A stretch of 64,000 bases of DNA from Planktothrix sp. GU0601_MAG3 (GCA_035193785.1 CP136572.1:192001-256000); one strand, 5' to 3'. Positions 27,832-39,429 are shown, counted from the first letter of the stretch. Notes: generated from the letters alone by a model not told the origin. Program-made: numbers and translations.

Positions 27832-28860
27832 ATGAAGTTTAGCATCGTGATTACAACCTATAACCGCATTGCTTTACTAAAACGGGCAATTGATTCTGCA
27901 TTGAAACAAACAATTCCCTGTGAAGTTGTGGTTGCAGATGATAGTTCTTCTGATGAAACAGAAGACTATGTTCGCAATTTATCCGCCTCCTTAGCTGAAC
28001 GGGGAGATCACCGTTTAGTTTACCATCGCAACCCCAGCAATCTAGGCCATTCTGCCACGATGAATGCTGGGGTTAAAGTCGCTTCTGGAGAATGGATTAA
28101 ACCCGTGGATGATGATGATTATTTGGCGGTCAATTGCATTGCAGAAATGAGCAAAGCTATTGAAATCTATCAAACTAAAGTCAATCAAAACTCATCGTTT
28201 CAGGCGGTGATTTGTTCCTGTCAAGCGAGTCAAGTAGACCCTGACGGTCAAGAATTAGGTCGAACTCGCTTAACTGGCCCGGGCACAGTTTATTATATTC
28301 CCCAGGAGGATATTCACTATGGAATGTTATTAGAACAAGTGCCATTTGGAACCCCCATTCAAGTCGCCTATTCCAAAGAAGCGTTTATCAAATCCGGCGG
28401 CTGGGATTCGAGTTTGGATATTAATTGTGATGATATTGATTCTTGGATTAAAATTTCTAAATTTGGAGATGCAATTTTTATTAATCAGTGTTTGGCTTAT
28501 CGAACCATTTGGCCAGGAGCTTTTAATCAAAAATTGTCCCTAAAAAAAAGACTTGATACTAATATTTTAATTAAGGAAAAAATCTATAAATTGGTTAATC
28601 AAAAATATCATATCCAACTCCCTAGGCTTGAACATATCCGTGATTATATCAAACTGCATTGGAGTCTGGTGGCGTTAAAAAGAGCTAAAATTAAAAACGC
28701 TATTTGTTTTTCCTCAAAATCTTTGTTTTCGGCCCAAGGCTGGAAATTATTAATATCTTCTATTTTAAATCGAAGACAACAATGGTCAAAATTAAAACAA
28801 ATGTTAAAAGTAGATAAAACCTCAGAACTTTTCGTCAAAAAAATAATTTTAATTGAATAA
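27832..28860 (+). CDS. Glycosyltransferase family 2
   Basis: SIVITTYNR, VVVADDSSSD and DDDD motifs. Confidence 0.9.
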   Translation: MKFSIVITTYNRIALLKRAIDSALKQTIPCEVVVADDSSSDETEDYVRNLSASLAERGDHRLVYHRNPSNLGHSATMNAGVKVASGEWIKPVDDDDYLAVNCIAEMSKAIEIYQTKVNQNSSFQAVICSCQASQVDPDGQELGRTRLTGPGTVYYIPQEDIHYGMLLEQVPFGTPIQVAYSKEAFIKSGGWDSSLDINCDDIDSWIKISKFGDAIFINQCLAYRTIWPGAFNQKLSLKKRLDTNILIKEKIYKLVNQKYHIQLPRLEHIRDYIKLHWSLVALKRAKIKNAICFSSKSLFSAQGWKLLISSILNRRQQWSKLKQMLKVDKTSELFVKKIILIE

Positions 28861-28864
28861 TATT

Positions 28865-29653
28865 ATGAAACATATTTTAAAAATAGCTCGAACTTTCCTG
28901 TCAACCTACTATGCTTATATGGTTGAATATCGAGCCGAATTATTTTTCTGGGTACTGTCGGGTTCCTTACCTTTTATTTTAATGGGAATTTGGATAAAAG
29001 CCTCCGAAACCGGTAATATTGGACTGAGTTCTATTGAGTTTGCTCGATACTTTTTGGCTGCTTTTATTGTCCGACAAAGTAATGTAGTTTGGGTGATTTG
29101 GGAGTTTGAAAAAGAAGTAATTCAAGGAAAACTTTCCCCTCGATTATTACAACCTATCGATCCAGTTTGGCATCATTTTCTTAGCCATATTGCCGAACGA
29201 TTTGCCCGTTTTCCCTTTATTATTGGACTAATTATTTTATTCTTTGCCCTCTATCCCGAATCTTTTTGGATACCCAGTTTAGGACAAACCCTATTATTTT
29301 TATTAGTATTAATTTTAGCTTTTATGCTGCGGTTTATTATTCAATATACCTTTGCTTTATTATCATTTTGGACAGAAAGAGCCAGCGCCATTGAACAAAT
29401 TTGGTATTTACCCTATATATTTTTATCAGGAATAATTGCCCCTTTAAGCGTCTTTCCTCCCTTGATTCGGGAAATAACATTATGGACTCCCTTTCCCTAC
29501 CTAGTTTATTTTCCCGCTTCTATTATTGTGGGATTTCCGGTTGATGTATTTCGCAGTTTATTTATGATGTTCTTTTGGGGAATTTTATTTTTTATCATTA
29601 ACCGTTGGCTGTGGAAACGGGGATTAAAACAATATTCAGGAATGGGCGCCTAG
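28865..29653 (+). CDS. ABC-2 family permease (DUF990-like)
   Basis: Six hydrophobic segments; GKLSPRLLQP and LSGIIAPLSVFP. Confidence 0.85.
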   Translation: MKHILKIARTFLSTYYAYMVEYRAELFFWVLSGSLPFILMGIWIKASETGNIGLSSIEFARYFLAAFIVRQSNVVWVIWEFEKEVIQGKLSPRLLQPIDPVWHHFLSHIAERFARFPFIIGLIILFFALYPESFWIPSLGQTLLFLLVLILAFMLRFIIQYTFALLSFWTERASAIEQIWYLPYIFLSGIIAPLSVFPPLIREITLWTPFPYLVYFPASIIVGFPVDVFRSLFMMFFWGILFFIINRWLWKRGLKQYSGMGA

Positions 29654-29841
29654 TAGTGAGTCCTTTAGGACTCTCTTTCTTTCTGGGAGAAAGCCCTAAA
29701 GGGCTTACTACAAAACTGTAGTGAGTCCTTTAGGACTCTCTTTCTTTCTGGGAGAAAGCCCTAAAGGGCTTACTACAAAACTGTAGTGAGTCCTTTAGGA
29801 CTCTCTTTCTTTCTGGGAGAAAGCCCTAAAGGGCTTACTAC
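29653..29841. repeat. Three tandem copies of a 59-bp GTAG-type palindromic element (65-bp period)
   Basis: GTAGTGAGTCCTTTAGGACT...AGCCCTAAAGGGCTTACTAC at 29653, 29718 and 29783; related copy at 30826-30894. Confidence 0.92.
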
Positions 29842-29888
29842 GATTTAATGGGTTATATTGATATAAATAATCACCGAAAAAAACAACG

Positions 29889-30324
29889 ATGAGACTACTT
29901 CACACAATGTTACGAGTGGGAAACCTAGACCATTCCTTAAAATTTTACTGCGATATTTTAGGCATGAAACTGCTGCGTCAGAAAGATTATCCAGGGGGTG
30001 AATTTACCTTAGCCTTTGTCGGTTATGGCGATGAATCCGATCATAGCGTGATTGAGTTAACCTATAATTGGGGCGTCGAACAATATGAAATTGGTACGGG
30101 TTATGGTCATATTGCCCTCGGTGTTGATGATATTTACGCCACTTGTGAACAAATTAGAGTCGCCGGGGGTAAAATTACCCGTGAAACCTGGCCCGATGAA
30201 ACATGGAAACACTGTAATTGCCTTTGTGGAAGATCCCGATGGTTATAAAATTGAGTTAATTCAGTTAGGAACTCGGGGATCAAATTCTGAAAAAGAAACG
30301 AGTGTTCCTGCTTCTAAAACATAA
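29889..30324 (+). CDS. gloA: Lactoylglutathione lyase (glyoxalase I; apparent frameshift at 30183-30187)
   Basis: [34 protein letters not shown]. Confidence 0.96.
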
Positions 30325-30909
30325 TAAAATCCTACCCTAACCTTTCTCTTACTAATGGGAGGGTTAGGGTGGGTTTGGGTTTAATTGTGATCGCTATTAT
30401 GGTATTTTTCTCCCTAGATATCAGAACCCCCCAAACATTTTTATAATGAAAATCAGCATCAGTTTTTGATTAATTATGATCGGGATTTAACCTGATCAAC
30501 AGACTATCGTTTATATCAATTAAAAGTTTGGCTTATGTGTCAATATATTAAGATTGCAAATTTTATACAGCATTATTTCTCAAATCCTGCGAAAATGTTA
30601 GGGAATTTTAGAATTGAGAAAGTAAACTGGCTAAAAAAAGGCGATAACACCTATACGGGAGTTTGTCAATAATATGGAATGGTCATTTTTAAGAAATTTT
30701 GGAATTACCCTATTTGCCCTTTTAAATCCTTTAGGGATGCTGCCAATTTTTATTAGCTATGTGGGTCGTTAGCAGCCAGGGGTGTAGTTGCTAAATTTAT
30801 CGCCACTTTTCAAGAGTTTTCCCCCGTAGTGAGTTCTGAAGGACTCAGCCCTAAAGGGCTTACTACGGTTTTTTAGCCCTAAAGGGCTTACTACAATTTA
30901 TGATGGCAA

Positions 30910-31621
30910 ATGAGCTTAGATAAAATTATTGTTCCCTTGGATGTTTCCACAAGAGAAGATGCGATCGCCTTGGTGGAAAAACTGCCTCAAGTCACTTTTT
31001 GGAAAGTGGGTTTGGAATTATTTGTTAGTTGTGGCCCAGAAATTTTAACTTTCCTCAAATCTCAAGAAAAACGCATTTTTCTGGATTTGAAATTCCATGA
31101 TATTCCTAATACCGTTGCGGGCGCCTGTCGGTCGGCTTCTCGATATGGTGTGGATTTAATTACCCTCCATGCAACGGCCGGAAAAACAGCCCTGAAAGCC
31201 GCACAAATCGCCGCCGAAGCTGGTGCAAAAGATGCGGGTTATCCCGTCCCCAAATTAATCGCTATTACCCTATTAACCAGTTTAAATTCTAGGGATTTAG
31301 CCTTTGATTTAAAAGTGCCTTTGGAGTTACCGGAATATGCCTTACAAATGGCTTTATTAGCTCAAGAAAGTGGGTTGGCGGGGGCCGTTTGTTTCTCCCC
31401 AGGAAGTCGCCCAACTGCGTCAAACCTGTGGGGATGATTTTCTATTAGTTTGTCCGGGGGTACGTCCCACTTGGGCGGAAAAGGGCGATCAACAACGGAC
31501 TTTTACCCCGGTTGAAGCCCTGAAAGCCGGGGCGAATTATCTAGTTATCGGACGTCCGATCACCGCCGCCGATGACCCCGTAACGGCCCTAGAACTTATT
31601 ATTGAGGAAATCGGTAATTAG
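30910..31621 (+). CDS. pyrF: Orotidine-5'-phosphate decarboxylase (apparent frameshift at 31391-31395)
   Basis: [24 protein letters not shown]. Confidence 0.97.
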
Positions 31622-31625
31622 TTGA

Positions 31626-33171
31626 TTATAGTCCCAAATCAACGGCTACCCGATGGGCGCAGGCGAAGCCGGAGAAGGCGACGGCGTTTAATCCTTGGCC
31701 GGGGAAAGTGCTATCACCGACACAATATAACCCTCGGATGGAAGTGCGGTTAAAGGGCATTCCTAGGAGTCCTTTTAACTTATAGGCGGGGATGGGGCCA
31801 TAGGTTCCATCCTGTCGGTTTAAAAAGCGACGGTGCGATCGCGCGGTGCCCACTTCCATATAGTCTAAACCCGCATCTAACCCGGGGAATAGTATTTCTA
31901 AACGATCGATAATTCTGCCCGCGGCTTGTTCTTTTTTGGCTTCATATTCAAACTCGGGTAATTTTTGCCAATCATCGATCCAACTGGGGGTAAAAGCATG
32001 AACAATATGATAGCCTTCCGGGGCTAAACTTGGATCTAATAAAGTGGGAATGGAGACAAAAATTGTGCCTTCGGGTTCCTCCATTTTATCCCAATTTTCC
32101 ACAATAATATGGTGACAATCGGTTTCTGGAGGTAGGACTGAGGCTTTTACTCCTAAATGTAAACTCAAGAAACTGGGGGATTTTTGATAGCGTTCTCGCC
32201 ATTTCTTTTCAGCTTTAGGAATAGATTCCGGGGGAATTAATTTACCAAAGGTATCCCAACGGGTAGCATTAGAAATAATGCGTTTTCCTCGATAAACCGT
32301 ACCATCAATTAGTTCTACTCCCACCGCTATTCCATTTTCTAATATAATTTGTTTGGCTCGGGCTTTATATTGAATTTGTCCGCCGAATTTTTCTAATCCC
32401 TCAACTAATTTAATAGCTATTTGACCGACTCCGCCTTTAGGATAGTTAATTCCTCCATAATGGCGATCGGAAAATACCATTCCGGCGTTGATCATCGGGG
32501 TTAAATCGGCTGGAACCACTGACCAGCAGTAACATTCAATATCAATAAACTTTAAAACTTCAGGATCATTAATATAACGTTTGGCAATATCTCCGACATT
32601 TTGGGGTAAATACTGGACTAACCCTAAACATGAGCCGGGTTCCTGAAAAAATACCCGCATCAAATAACGAGGTTCTTCCAAAGATAGCAACTCCATGGAG
32701 TTCAGACAGTTAAAGACTTTCCAGCATTCATCATAAAATTTACGAATTCCCTTTTCTTCCTGGGGGAAGCGGGTAATTAGTTCTTGCAAAAACTTCTCAT
32801 AATCTCGATGTACCCGTAATTTCAGATCATTGGGCAGGTGATAATGGATTTGAACTGGGTCGGGAATAGTTTCTAGGGTGACGTCCACGGCTTGCAGGGC
32901 GCGGGTGAGGAGGTTGGTGGTTCCCTTGTCCCCAAATCCAAAAATCATGGATGCACCGACATCAAACCGATATCCGTCCCGTTCAAAATATCCAGAAACT
33001 GCCACCTGGGATAATATAGCTTTCCAGAACCAGAACTTTCGCACCCTTGGCCGCTAATTGGGTCGCAGTCACCAGTCCTCCAATACCAGAACCAATGACA
33101 ATTACGTCAAATTTCTGATCTGAGTCAGAACTAAATTCAGCAAGAGACTGGGATAGGTTAGAAACAGGCAT
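31626..33171 (-). CDS. crtH: Carotenoid (prolycopene) isomerase (apparent frameshift at 32995-32999)
   Basis: [11 protein letters not shown] motif, [27 protein letters not shown]. Confidence 0.95.
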
Positions 33172-33255
33172 GACTGTCAACTCTCTTAAGCATTTCCTGT
33201 CTGTACAGTGTAGCGTCTTACGCCCAAATCAGAGAGTTCAATTTTCACCGTTTTA

Positions 33256-33597
<342 letters not shown>

Positions 33598-33659
33598 TCA
33601 TTGATTAATATAGTTAATTTTAAGTCGGGAGCGTAGTCCCTGATAAATTTGTAGGCAGT

Positions 33660-34190
33660 ATGAAACACACCCTATCTGTTTTAGTGGAAGATGAAGCCGG
33701 AGTCCTGACGCGCATTGCGGGTTTATTTGCCCGTCGGGGTTTCAATATTGAGAGTTTAGCCGTTGGCCCGGCGGAACAATCGGGGATTTCTCGGATTACA
33801 ATGGTGGTTCCCGGGGATGACCAGATTATTGAACAGTTGACTAAACAACTCTACAAACTGATCAATGTTCTGAAGGTGCAGGATATTACCGGAGTTCCCT
33901 GTGTGGAAAGGGAATTGATGCTTTTGAAGGTTAATTACAATAGCAGTAACACTCGCTCAGAAATTATCGAGTTAGCGCAGATTTTCCGGGCGCGGGTTGT
34001 GGATATTGGGGATGACGCCCTAACTATTGAAGTTGTCGGCGACCCGGGAAAAATGGTGGCCATTGTCCAGGTTTTAGGTCGGTTTGGAATTCGGGAAATT
34101 GCTCGGACGGGCAAAATTGTCTTGGTGCGGGAGTCGGGGGTAAATACGGAATTCCTCAAAACTCAAGCCTCGGTGGAAGCGAGATTTTAG
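33660..34190 (+). CDS. ilvN: Acetolactate synthase small subunit
   Basis: [26 protein letters not shown] domain; EIARTG. Confidence 0.97.
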   Translation: MKHTLSVLVEDEAGVLTRIAGLFARRGFNIESLAVGPAEQSGISRITMVVPGDDQIIEQLTKQLYKLINVLKVQDITGVPCVERELMLLKVNYNSSNTRSEIIELAQIFRARVVDIGDDALTIEVVGDPGKMVAIVQVLGRFGIREIARTGKIVLVRESGVNTEFLKTQASVEARF

Positions 34191-34211
34191 CTATACTTCG
34201 ACTTCGCTCAG

Positions 34212-34300
34212 TAATAGGGGAATAGGTAATGGGTAATGGGTAATGGGTAATGGGGGAATGGGTAATGGGTAATGGGTAATGGGGAATGGGTAACGGTAGG
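34212..34300. repeat. STRR heptamer (GGGTAAT)n
   Basis: About 10 imperfect tandem copies. Confidence 0.9.
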
Positions 34301-34545
34301 TTATGGGCAGGTTATAAGGTTTAGTATTGTCAAACACCTTAATTGGTAGTGCTATATTCTGTTTCTCATATTTGTCGGACGTTTTAACTCGGATTTGATT
34401 AAGAAATTGGGGTTAAGCGTCCTATTTTATTGGGTTTTGGGGATTGTGATGTTTTGTAAATTTTTTTAATCCGTTGTCGCAGGAAGCTAGAAAGCCCAAT
34501 TCTATCGGAATGGGAGCTTTTTTGAGATTTCTATGGATTTGGAGG

Positions 34546-34708
34546 TTGACTCGTTAGGGGAATTCGGTTATAGTCTTGAATATCGAGAAATTTAGGGATT
34601 CAGGCAGTTAAAAACAACCTATTTTCGTTTTTATACCAGCCCTATATCCGTAGTCTCGCGCAAACGCACTTTGAAAACTAAATAGGGTAAGGTTTCCAGC
34701 AGGGTAGG
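34546..34708 (+). promoter_or_regulatory. CRISPR leader with sigma70 promoter
   Basis: TTGACT (34546-34551), 17 nt, TATAGT (34569-34574), in an AT-rich non-coding region directly 5' of repeat 1. Confidence 0.75.
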
Positions 34709-36137
34709 GTTAGTTTCTACCTTTTCCCCGCAAGGGGACGGAAACGACCGCTCATCCTGAGTGAATGAGACATGGGCGTAGTAGTTAGTTTCTACCTTTT
34801 CCCCGCAAGGGGACGGAAACCATGTTGAAGGAAATGAACATACTCGTGCAAAAGTATGTTAGTTTCTACCTTTTCCCCGCAAGGGGACGGAAACTAAAGA
34901 TGATTTTGCCGTTAGGTAATTCCTTTTTATCTCGAGTTAGTTTCTACCTTTTCCCCGCAAGGGGACGGAAACTAGGTTTTAGAGACTCACTTATCCAAAT
35001 TTCTTTTCGAGGTTAGTTTCTACCTTTTCCCCGCAAGGGGACGGAAACCACTTTTTCCTCTCTTTCTATCACCTCGACAACAACAGTTAGTTTCTACCTT
35101 TTCCCCGCAAGGGGACGGAAACATCTAACTTCTCCGTAGAGACGCAGATGGTGTTGTACTTCGTTAGTTTCTACCTTTTCCCCGCAAGGGGACGGAAACA
35201 GGGCATCTAATTTAGCTAGTAGCTCAGGTTTCTATAGTGAACGAGGGTTAGTTTCTACCTTTTCCCCGCAAGGGGACGGAAACAGGGGTTGTGGTGGTTT
35301 CCACAACGGGAGCAAGGGGTTAGTTTCTACCTTTTCCCCGCAAGGGGACGGAAACAGCAATCATAGACTGGTAATGTTCAGTTGAATAGGAACCTGTTAG
35401 TTTCTACCTTTTCCCCGCAAGGGGACGGAAACAGGGAGGATCTGGAAATTCTCCAGGGTCAGTTTCCTTCCTGTTAGTTTCTACCTTTTCCCCGCAAGGG
35501 GACGGAAACGGTCACACTCAAAAACATCTTTTTTCCCTTTGATTGTTAGTTCATCAAGTTAGTTTCTACCTTTTCCCCGCAAGGGGACGGAAACTGCTTA
35601 CTTACTATGTCGCTAATACTTTCAACATCATCGTTAGTTTCTACCTTTTCCCCGCAAGGGGACGGAAACGAGGAACTTAGGCATCTTTGCCCCATCATTC
35701 AGTGTTAGTTAGTTTCTACCTTTTCCCCGCAAGGGGACGGAAACAAGGAAGAACTGCTGAGATTCTCCACAGGAAGAGACAAGTGTTAGTTTCTACCTTT
35801 TCCCCGCAAGGGGACGGAAACCCCACATATATTGAGATTAACTTCTTTAGTATATTGAGTTAGTTTCTACCTTTTCCCCGCAAGGGGACGGAAACGAGTC
35901 AGAAGCCCAAACCATATTTTGCATATGGTCTGGGCAGACCCAAGTTAGTTTCTACCTTTTCCCCGCAAGGGGACGGAAACTAATTCGCGCGATCGCAACT
36001 TCTCTGAAAACAATCTCCATATTCCCTGTTAGTTTCTACCTTTTCCCCGCAAGGGGACGGAAACATTTGCTCTTTGACTGCCTTCTTAAACATTTGATTT
36101 GTTAGTTTCTACCTTTTCCCCGCAAGGGGACGGAAAC
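34709..36137 (+). CRISPR. CRISPR array: 19 identical 37-bp repeats, 18 spacers (35-48 nt); no cas genes in window
   Basis: Repeat GTTAGTTTCTACCTTTTCCCCGCAAGGGGACGGAAAC with a TCCCC-GCAA-GGGGA hairpin and GAAAC 3' end. Resembles cyanobacterial type III-associated repeats. Confidence 0.99.
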
Positions 36138-36142
36138 ATATT

Positions 36143-36171
36143 GTAGGGGCGAATGGCCGTTTCGCCCCTAC
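36143..36171. repeat. GTAG REP-like hairpin at the array trailer
   Basis: GTAGGGGCGAA...TTCGCCCCTAC; sister copy at 42794-42821. Confidence 0.85.
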
Positions 36172-36309
36172 ACCGCTCCGCTACACATCCCCAAAATCAG
36201 GGGTTTTTGGCTTTTTCCCAAAAAAGTTGATTTTTAAGTCATTTTTACAAAAAATTGTTAGAATAGACAAAGGTGAGCGATCGCGCAGTGTCGAAACTCA
36301 TCGGAAACC

Positions 36310-36753
36310 ATGATGAATCAAGAAGATTGTTTAGCGGTTTATCAGGCACTTGTAGAGATGCTAAACCCTCTAAAATTGGGGTGGGTAACGGAACAAGTTG
36401 CCGATGTAATTAGTGCGGGAAAAACCACCGAAGAACTGGTATCAGGACGGAAATCTCCCAATTTAAAGTTAAATTATTATAGCCCCCAAGAACAACTGTT
36501 ACTTTTAATTAATGCGATTGAGAAATCCGTCATTAATACCGGAGAAATCGAAACGGAAATTCTCGATATTTTCCGCCATGAAGCCCAGAATTGTGATTTA
36601 AAACCGGAATTGAGATTTACCTCCTCCGTAGATGGGGAAGGTAAACTGTTTAAATATAGTATTGAATCCGTGAATAGCCGCCAACAACACCGCCAAGAAT
36701 TAAAAGAATTGCTAGAAAAATTACGTCAGGAGATAGAAACCCATGTCGATTAA
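36310..36753 (+). CDS. Hypothetical protein (helical)
   Basis: 147-aa ORF overlapping the next gene by 11 nt. Confidence 0.75.
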   Translation: MMNQEDCLAVYQALVEMLNPLKLGWVTEQVADVISAGKTTEELVSGRKSPNLKLNYYSPQEQLLLLINAIEKSVINTGEIETEILDIFRHEAQNCDLKPELRFTSSVDGEGKLFKYSIESVNSRQQHRQELKELLEKLRQEIETHVD

Positions 36754-37414
36754 TACCGCCCTACTGGATAATATCAATCAACAGTTAAAACAAAGTTTAA
36801 ATCCCGATCTCCAAACTGCTAGGGATCTTGAGGATTGGTTTAAATTCTACATTTTTAATATTATTATCAAAGCCGCTCGGAATGAAGGAGCCTTAGTTTA
36901 TTATAAAGATGTTTTGAAACGAAATCCAGAAACCTTAGTGTTTCGCCGACGGGCAGGACAAATTTATGATCTGACCCAACCCTATACCCATGCCGTGATT
37001 GAATTTGAACAAAAACCGCCCTTAGAAATTCATTTGGGAGTTAAAATTCATGGGCGTTTAAGAGTATTATATAATAGTGATGTTTGTGTTCTGTATAAAA
37101 TGGAAGCCGATAGTTGCCGGACGAATCAAAGAGAACCCCGGGCATCTCGAATTTTTATCGCCATAGACTGTCAATATTATGCCTCAGAATTGCGTTTAGA
37201 ATTGGCTCAGGCTTTTATTGCCTTTTCTTCGGAATTAAGGGTATCTGGGGATTGTTATTTTGTTTCTAATAGTTCTTCTAATTCCGTAGCCAAACTCCTG
37301 GCGAGTCGTAAACGAAAATGGGAATATGATATTGTTCCCAGTGAAACTAATAATGTTAATCGGTTAATGTATGAATTTCAGACAAAATTTAAGGACTTCA
37401 AAGCCAGAAGTTAG
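36743..37414 (+). CDS. Hypothetical protein, restriction-endonuclease-like fold with degenerate active site
   Basis: VKIHGR...SDVCVL...IAIDCQYY where D...ExK is expected. Confidence 0.55.
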   Translation: MSINTALLDNINQQLKQSLNPDLQTARDLEDWFKFYIFNIIIKAARNEGALVYYKDVLKRNPETLVFRRRAGQIYDLTQPYTHAVIEFEQKPPLEIHLGVKIHGRLRVLYNSDVCVLYKMEADSCRTNQREPRASRIFIAIDCQYYASELRLELAQAFIAFSSELRVSGDCYFVSNSSSNSVAKLLASRKRKWEYDIVPSETNNVNRLMYEFQTKFKDFKARS

Positions 37415-37507
37415 CCAAATGTCCCCAAATCTGCAACAATATTAGAATCCCTGATCGGAATAGATTGGGGAATGTGGTTTTTTTAGTAAAATTCAAACAG
37501 TTAGGAT

Positions 37508-37948
37508 ATGAAAGTTTATCGTTCAATTTTGGCTTGTGTCTTAGCCCTGGTGACAACTTTTGTGGTCGGTTGCAGTTCTCCGAAAGCGGCAATTCCCACC
37601 ACCTACACGGAAATTCAAATTCAACAGATCCAAAAACATAACTCTGATATTTTGGCCCTGCGCGATCGCTTTACCACCGAACTTCCTCGGTATATTAGCG
37701 CTCGGAATTGGGTACAAGTAGATAGTTTTGTACATGGGCCATTGGGATCATTGTTGCAAGAAATGAATTATATTACTAAAAATTTGTTGCCCGATGCCCA
37801 GCCGAAAGCCCGTGAATTGTCCAGAGAAGTGTTTGAACATTTAGTTACGGTTTCTAAAGCCGCAGAAGCTCGTGATCCAATTCAAGCAGCATCAGGATAT
37901 CAGGAAGCACTCAAAGATTTAGATTCATTTTTGAGTTTAGTTTCCTAA
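37508..37948 (+). CDS. psbQ: Photosystem II lipoprotein PsbQ (CyanoQ)
   Basis: Lipobox VVGC, PTTYT, FVHGPLG, LLP..QPKA. Confidence 0.92.
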   Translation: MKVYRSILACVLALVTTFVVGCSSPKAAIPTTYTEIQIQQIQKHNSDILALRDRFTTELPRYISARNWVQVDSFVHGPLGSLLQEMNYITKNLLPDAQPKARELSREVFEHLVTVSKAAEARDPIQAASGYQEALKDLDSFLSLVS

Positions 37949-38080
37949 CGCCTAATCAAACCCTATATTTTTTGTTGCGTTGTTGCGCTTCAGCGCACTC
38001 TTTTATTTCTCAGGGCTAAAGCCCAACAACGAGTAAGAGGAAGAGGGGCTGAAGCCCAACAACTTTTTTTAAGATTTTTT

Positions 38081-39202
38081 ATGAATCATATTGTTATTAT
38101 TGGTTGTGGTGTAGTCGGGGCAACAATTGCTTATGAACTCTCCCAAAATCCTGATTTAAACATTACTGTTATTGATCAAAATCCTCCGGCTCAAGCTGCA
38201 ACGGGGGCAGCCTTGGGGGTTTTGATGGGAATTATTAGTCAAAAAACTAAGGGACGAGCTTGGCGACTGCGACAATTAAGTATGCAGCGTTATGAAAGTT
38301 TAATTCCTGAATTAGAAGCAATTACGGGTAAAATTATTCCTTTTAATCGGCAAGGCATTCTATTATTATCCTATGGGGAAGATGAATTAGAAAAATGGCA
38401 AAATTTAATCAATTTCCGCCGGAATCAAGGGTTGGAATTGCAATGGTTAGATCAAGATCAAGTTAAGGTTAAATATCCCCAGATTAATCCTGAAAAAGTG
38501 TTAGGTGCGGTCTATTCTCCCCAGGATCGACAAGTTGATCCAACGGCTTTAACTTTAGCCTTAGTCGAGGCTGCTAAAAGTCGAGGTGTGACTTTTCAAT
38601 TTGGTGTCAAAGTAGAATCTTTAGAAACAGTAACAACAGCAAATAATCAGCAAGTTTGTCAACAGGTAAAAACCAGTAAGGGGGAGTTAACAGTTAATTG
38701 GGTTGTGGTGGCTGCGGGCTTAGGAACAACGCCGTTAATTTCTGCAATTCCTAGGGAAAATAATGGGGAAAAATTAATTAATATTCGTCCAGTTTTAGGA
38801 CAGGCTTTGCGGGTTCGTTGTCGAGAAAATTTGGGAAATTTAGGATTTGAACCTGTAATTACGGGGAATGATATTCATATTGTCCCGTTAGGAAATGCGG
38901 AATATTGGATCGGAGCAACGGTGGAATTTCCTGAACACGGAAATGAGATTTTAGCTAATTCTGAACTATTGGATTTAGTTTTAAAAGGTGCGATCGCCAT
39001 CTGTCCGGCTTTGGAAAATGCAACTATTATTAAGCAGTGGTCGGGGTTGCGTCCCCGTCCTGACGGTATTCCAGCCCCTGTAATTGGGAATTTATCCGGG
39101 TTTAAGAATATTCTATTGGCTACTGGACATTATCGCAATGGTGTGTTATTAGCCCCAGCAACGGCCGATCAAATTCGAGGGATGTTGATGGTTGAGGGTT
39201 GA
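38081..39202 (+). CDS. FAD-dependent oxidoreductase (DAO/glycine oxidase-like)
   Basis: IIGCGVVG, WSGLRP, TGHYRNGVLLAP. Confidence 0.88.
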   Translation: MNHIVIIGCGVVGATIAYELSQNPDLNITVIDQNPPAQAATGAALGVLMGIISQKTKGRAWRLRQLSMQRYESLIPELEAITGKIIPFNRQGILLLSYGEDELEKWQNLINFRRNQGLELQWLDQDQVKVKYPQINPEKVLGAVYSPQDRQVDPTALTLALVEAAKSRGVTFQFGVKVESLETVTTANNQQVCQQVKTSKGELTVNWVVVAAGLGTTPLISAIPRENNGEKLINIRPVLGQALRVRCRENLGNLGFEPVITGNDIHIVPLGNAEYWIGATVEFPEHGNEILANSELLDLVLKGAIAICPALENATIIKQWSGLRPRPDGIPAPVIGNLSGFKNILLATGHYRNGVLLAPATADQIRGMLMVEG

Positions 39203-39323
39203 AAAAAGGTGCGATCGCCCATAATTCAAAACAAATCAGCCCTCAGCAGGGTGACACCCTTCCCCTAAATCCCTCCAAACTCCCCAAGTATAAATACTTA
39301 ATGCAGGTTTTTTAAATAAAGCT

Positions 39324-39337
39324 GTAGCTTACATTAC
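39324..39337. promoter_or_regulatory. NtcA box upstream of pirA
   Basis: GTA-GCTTACAT-TAC; TATAAT at 39388-39393. Confidence 0.75.
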
Positions 39338-39429
39338 AAAATTTTAAGATTTTTGCCAATTTCACCCACTTTTAGTCAAGGGAACTATATAATAAGAGAG
39401 TAAGCACAAAAGATTATCTAAAAAAGTCC

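Noticed and set aside
29653..29841. Mini CRISPR array
   Set aside because: The linkers are identical 6-mers, so this is a tandem REP-like palindrome.
34822..35016. 64-aa ORF
   Set aside because: It is a translation of CRISPR repeats and spacers.
34709..36137. GAAAC/GTTTC in the CRISPR repeat as the sequencing artefact
   Set aside because: Present identically in all 19 copies, and GAAAC is a normal CRISPR repeat 3' end.
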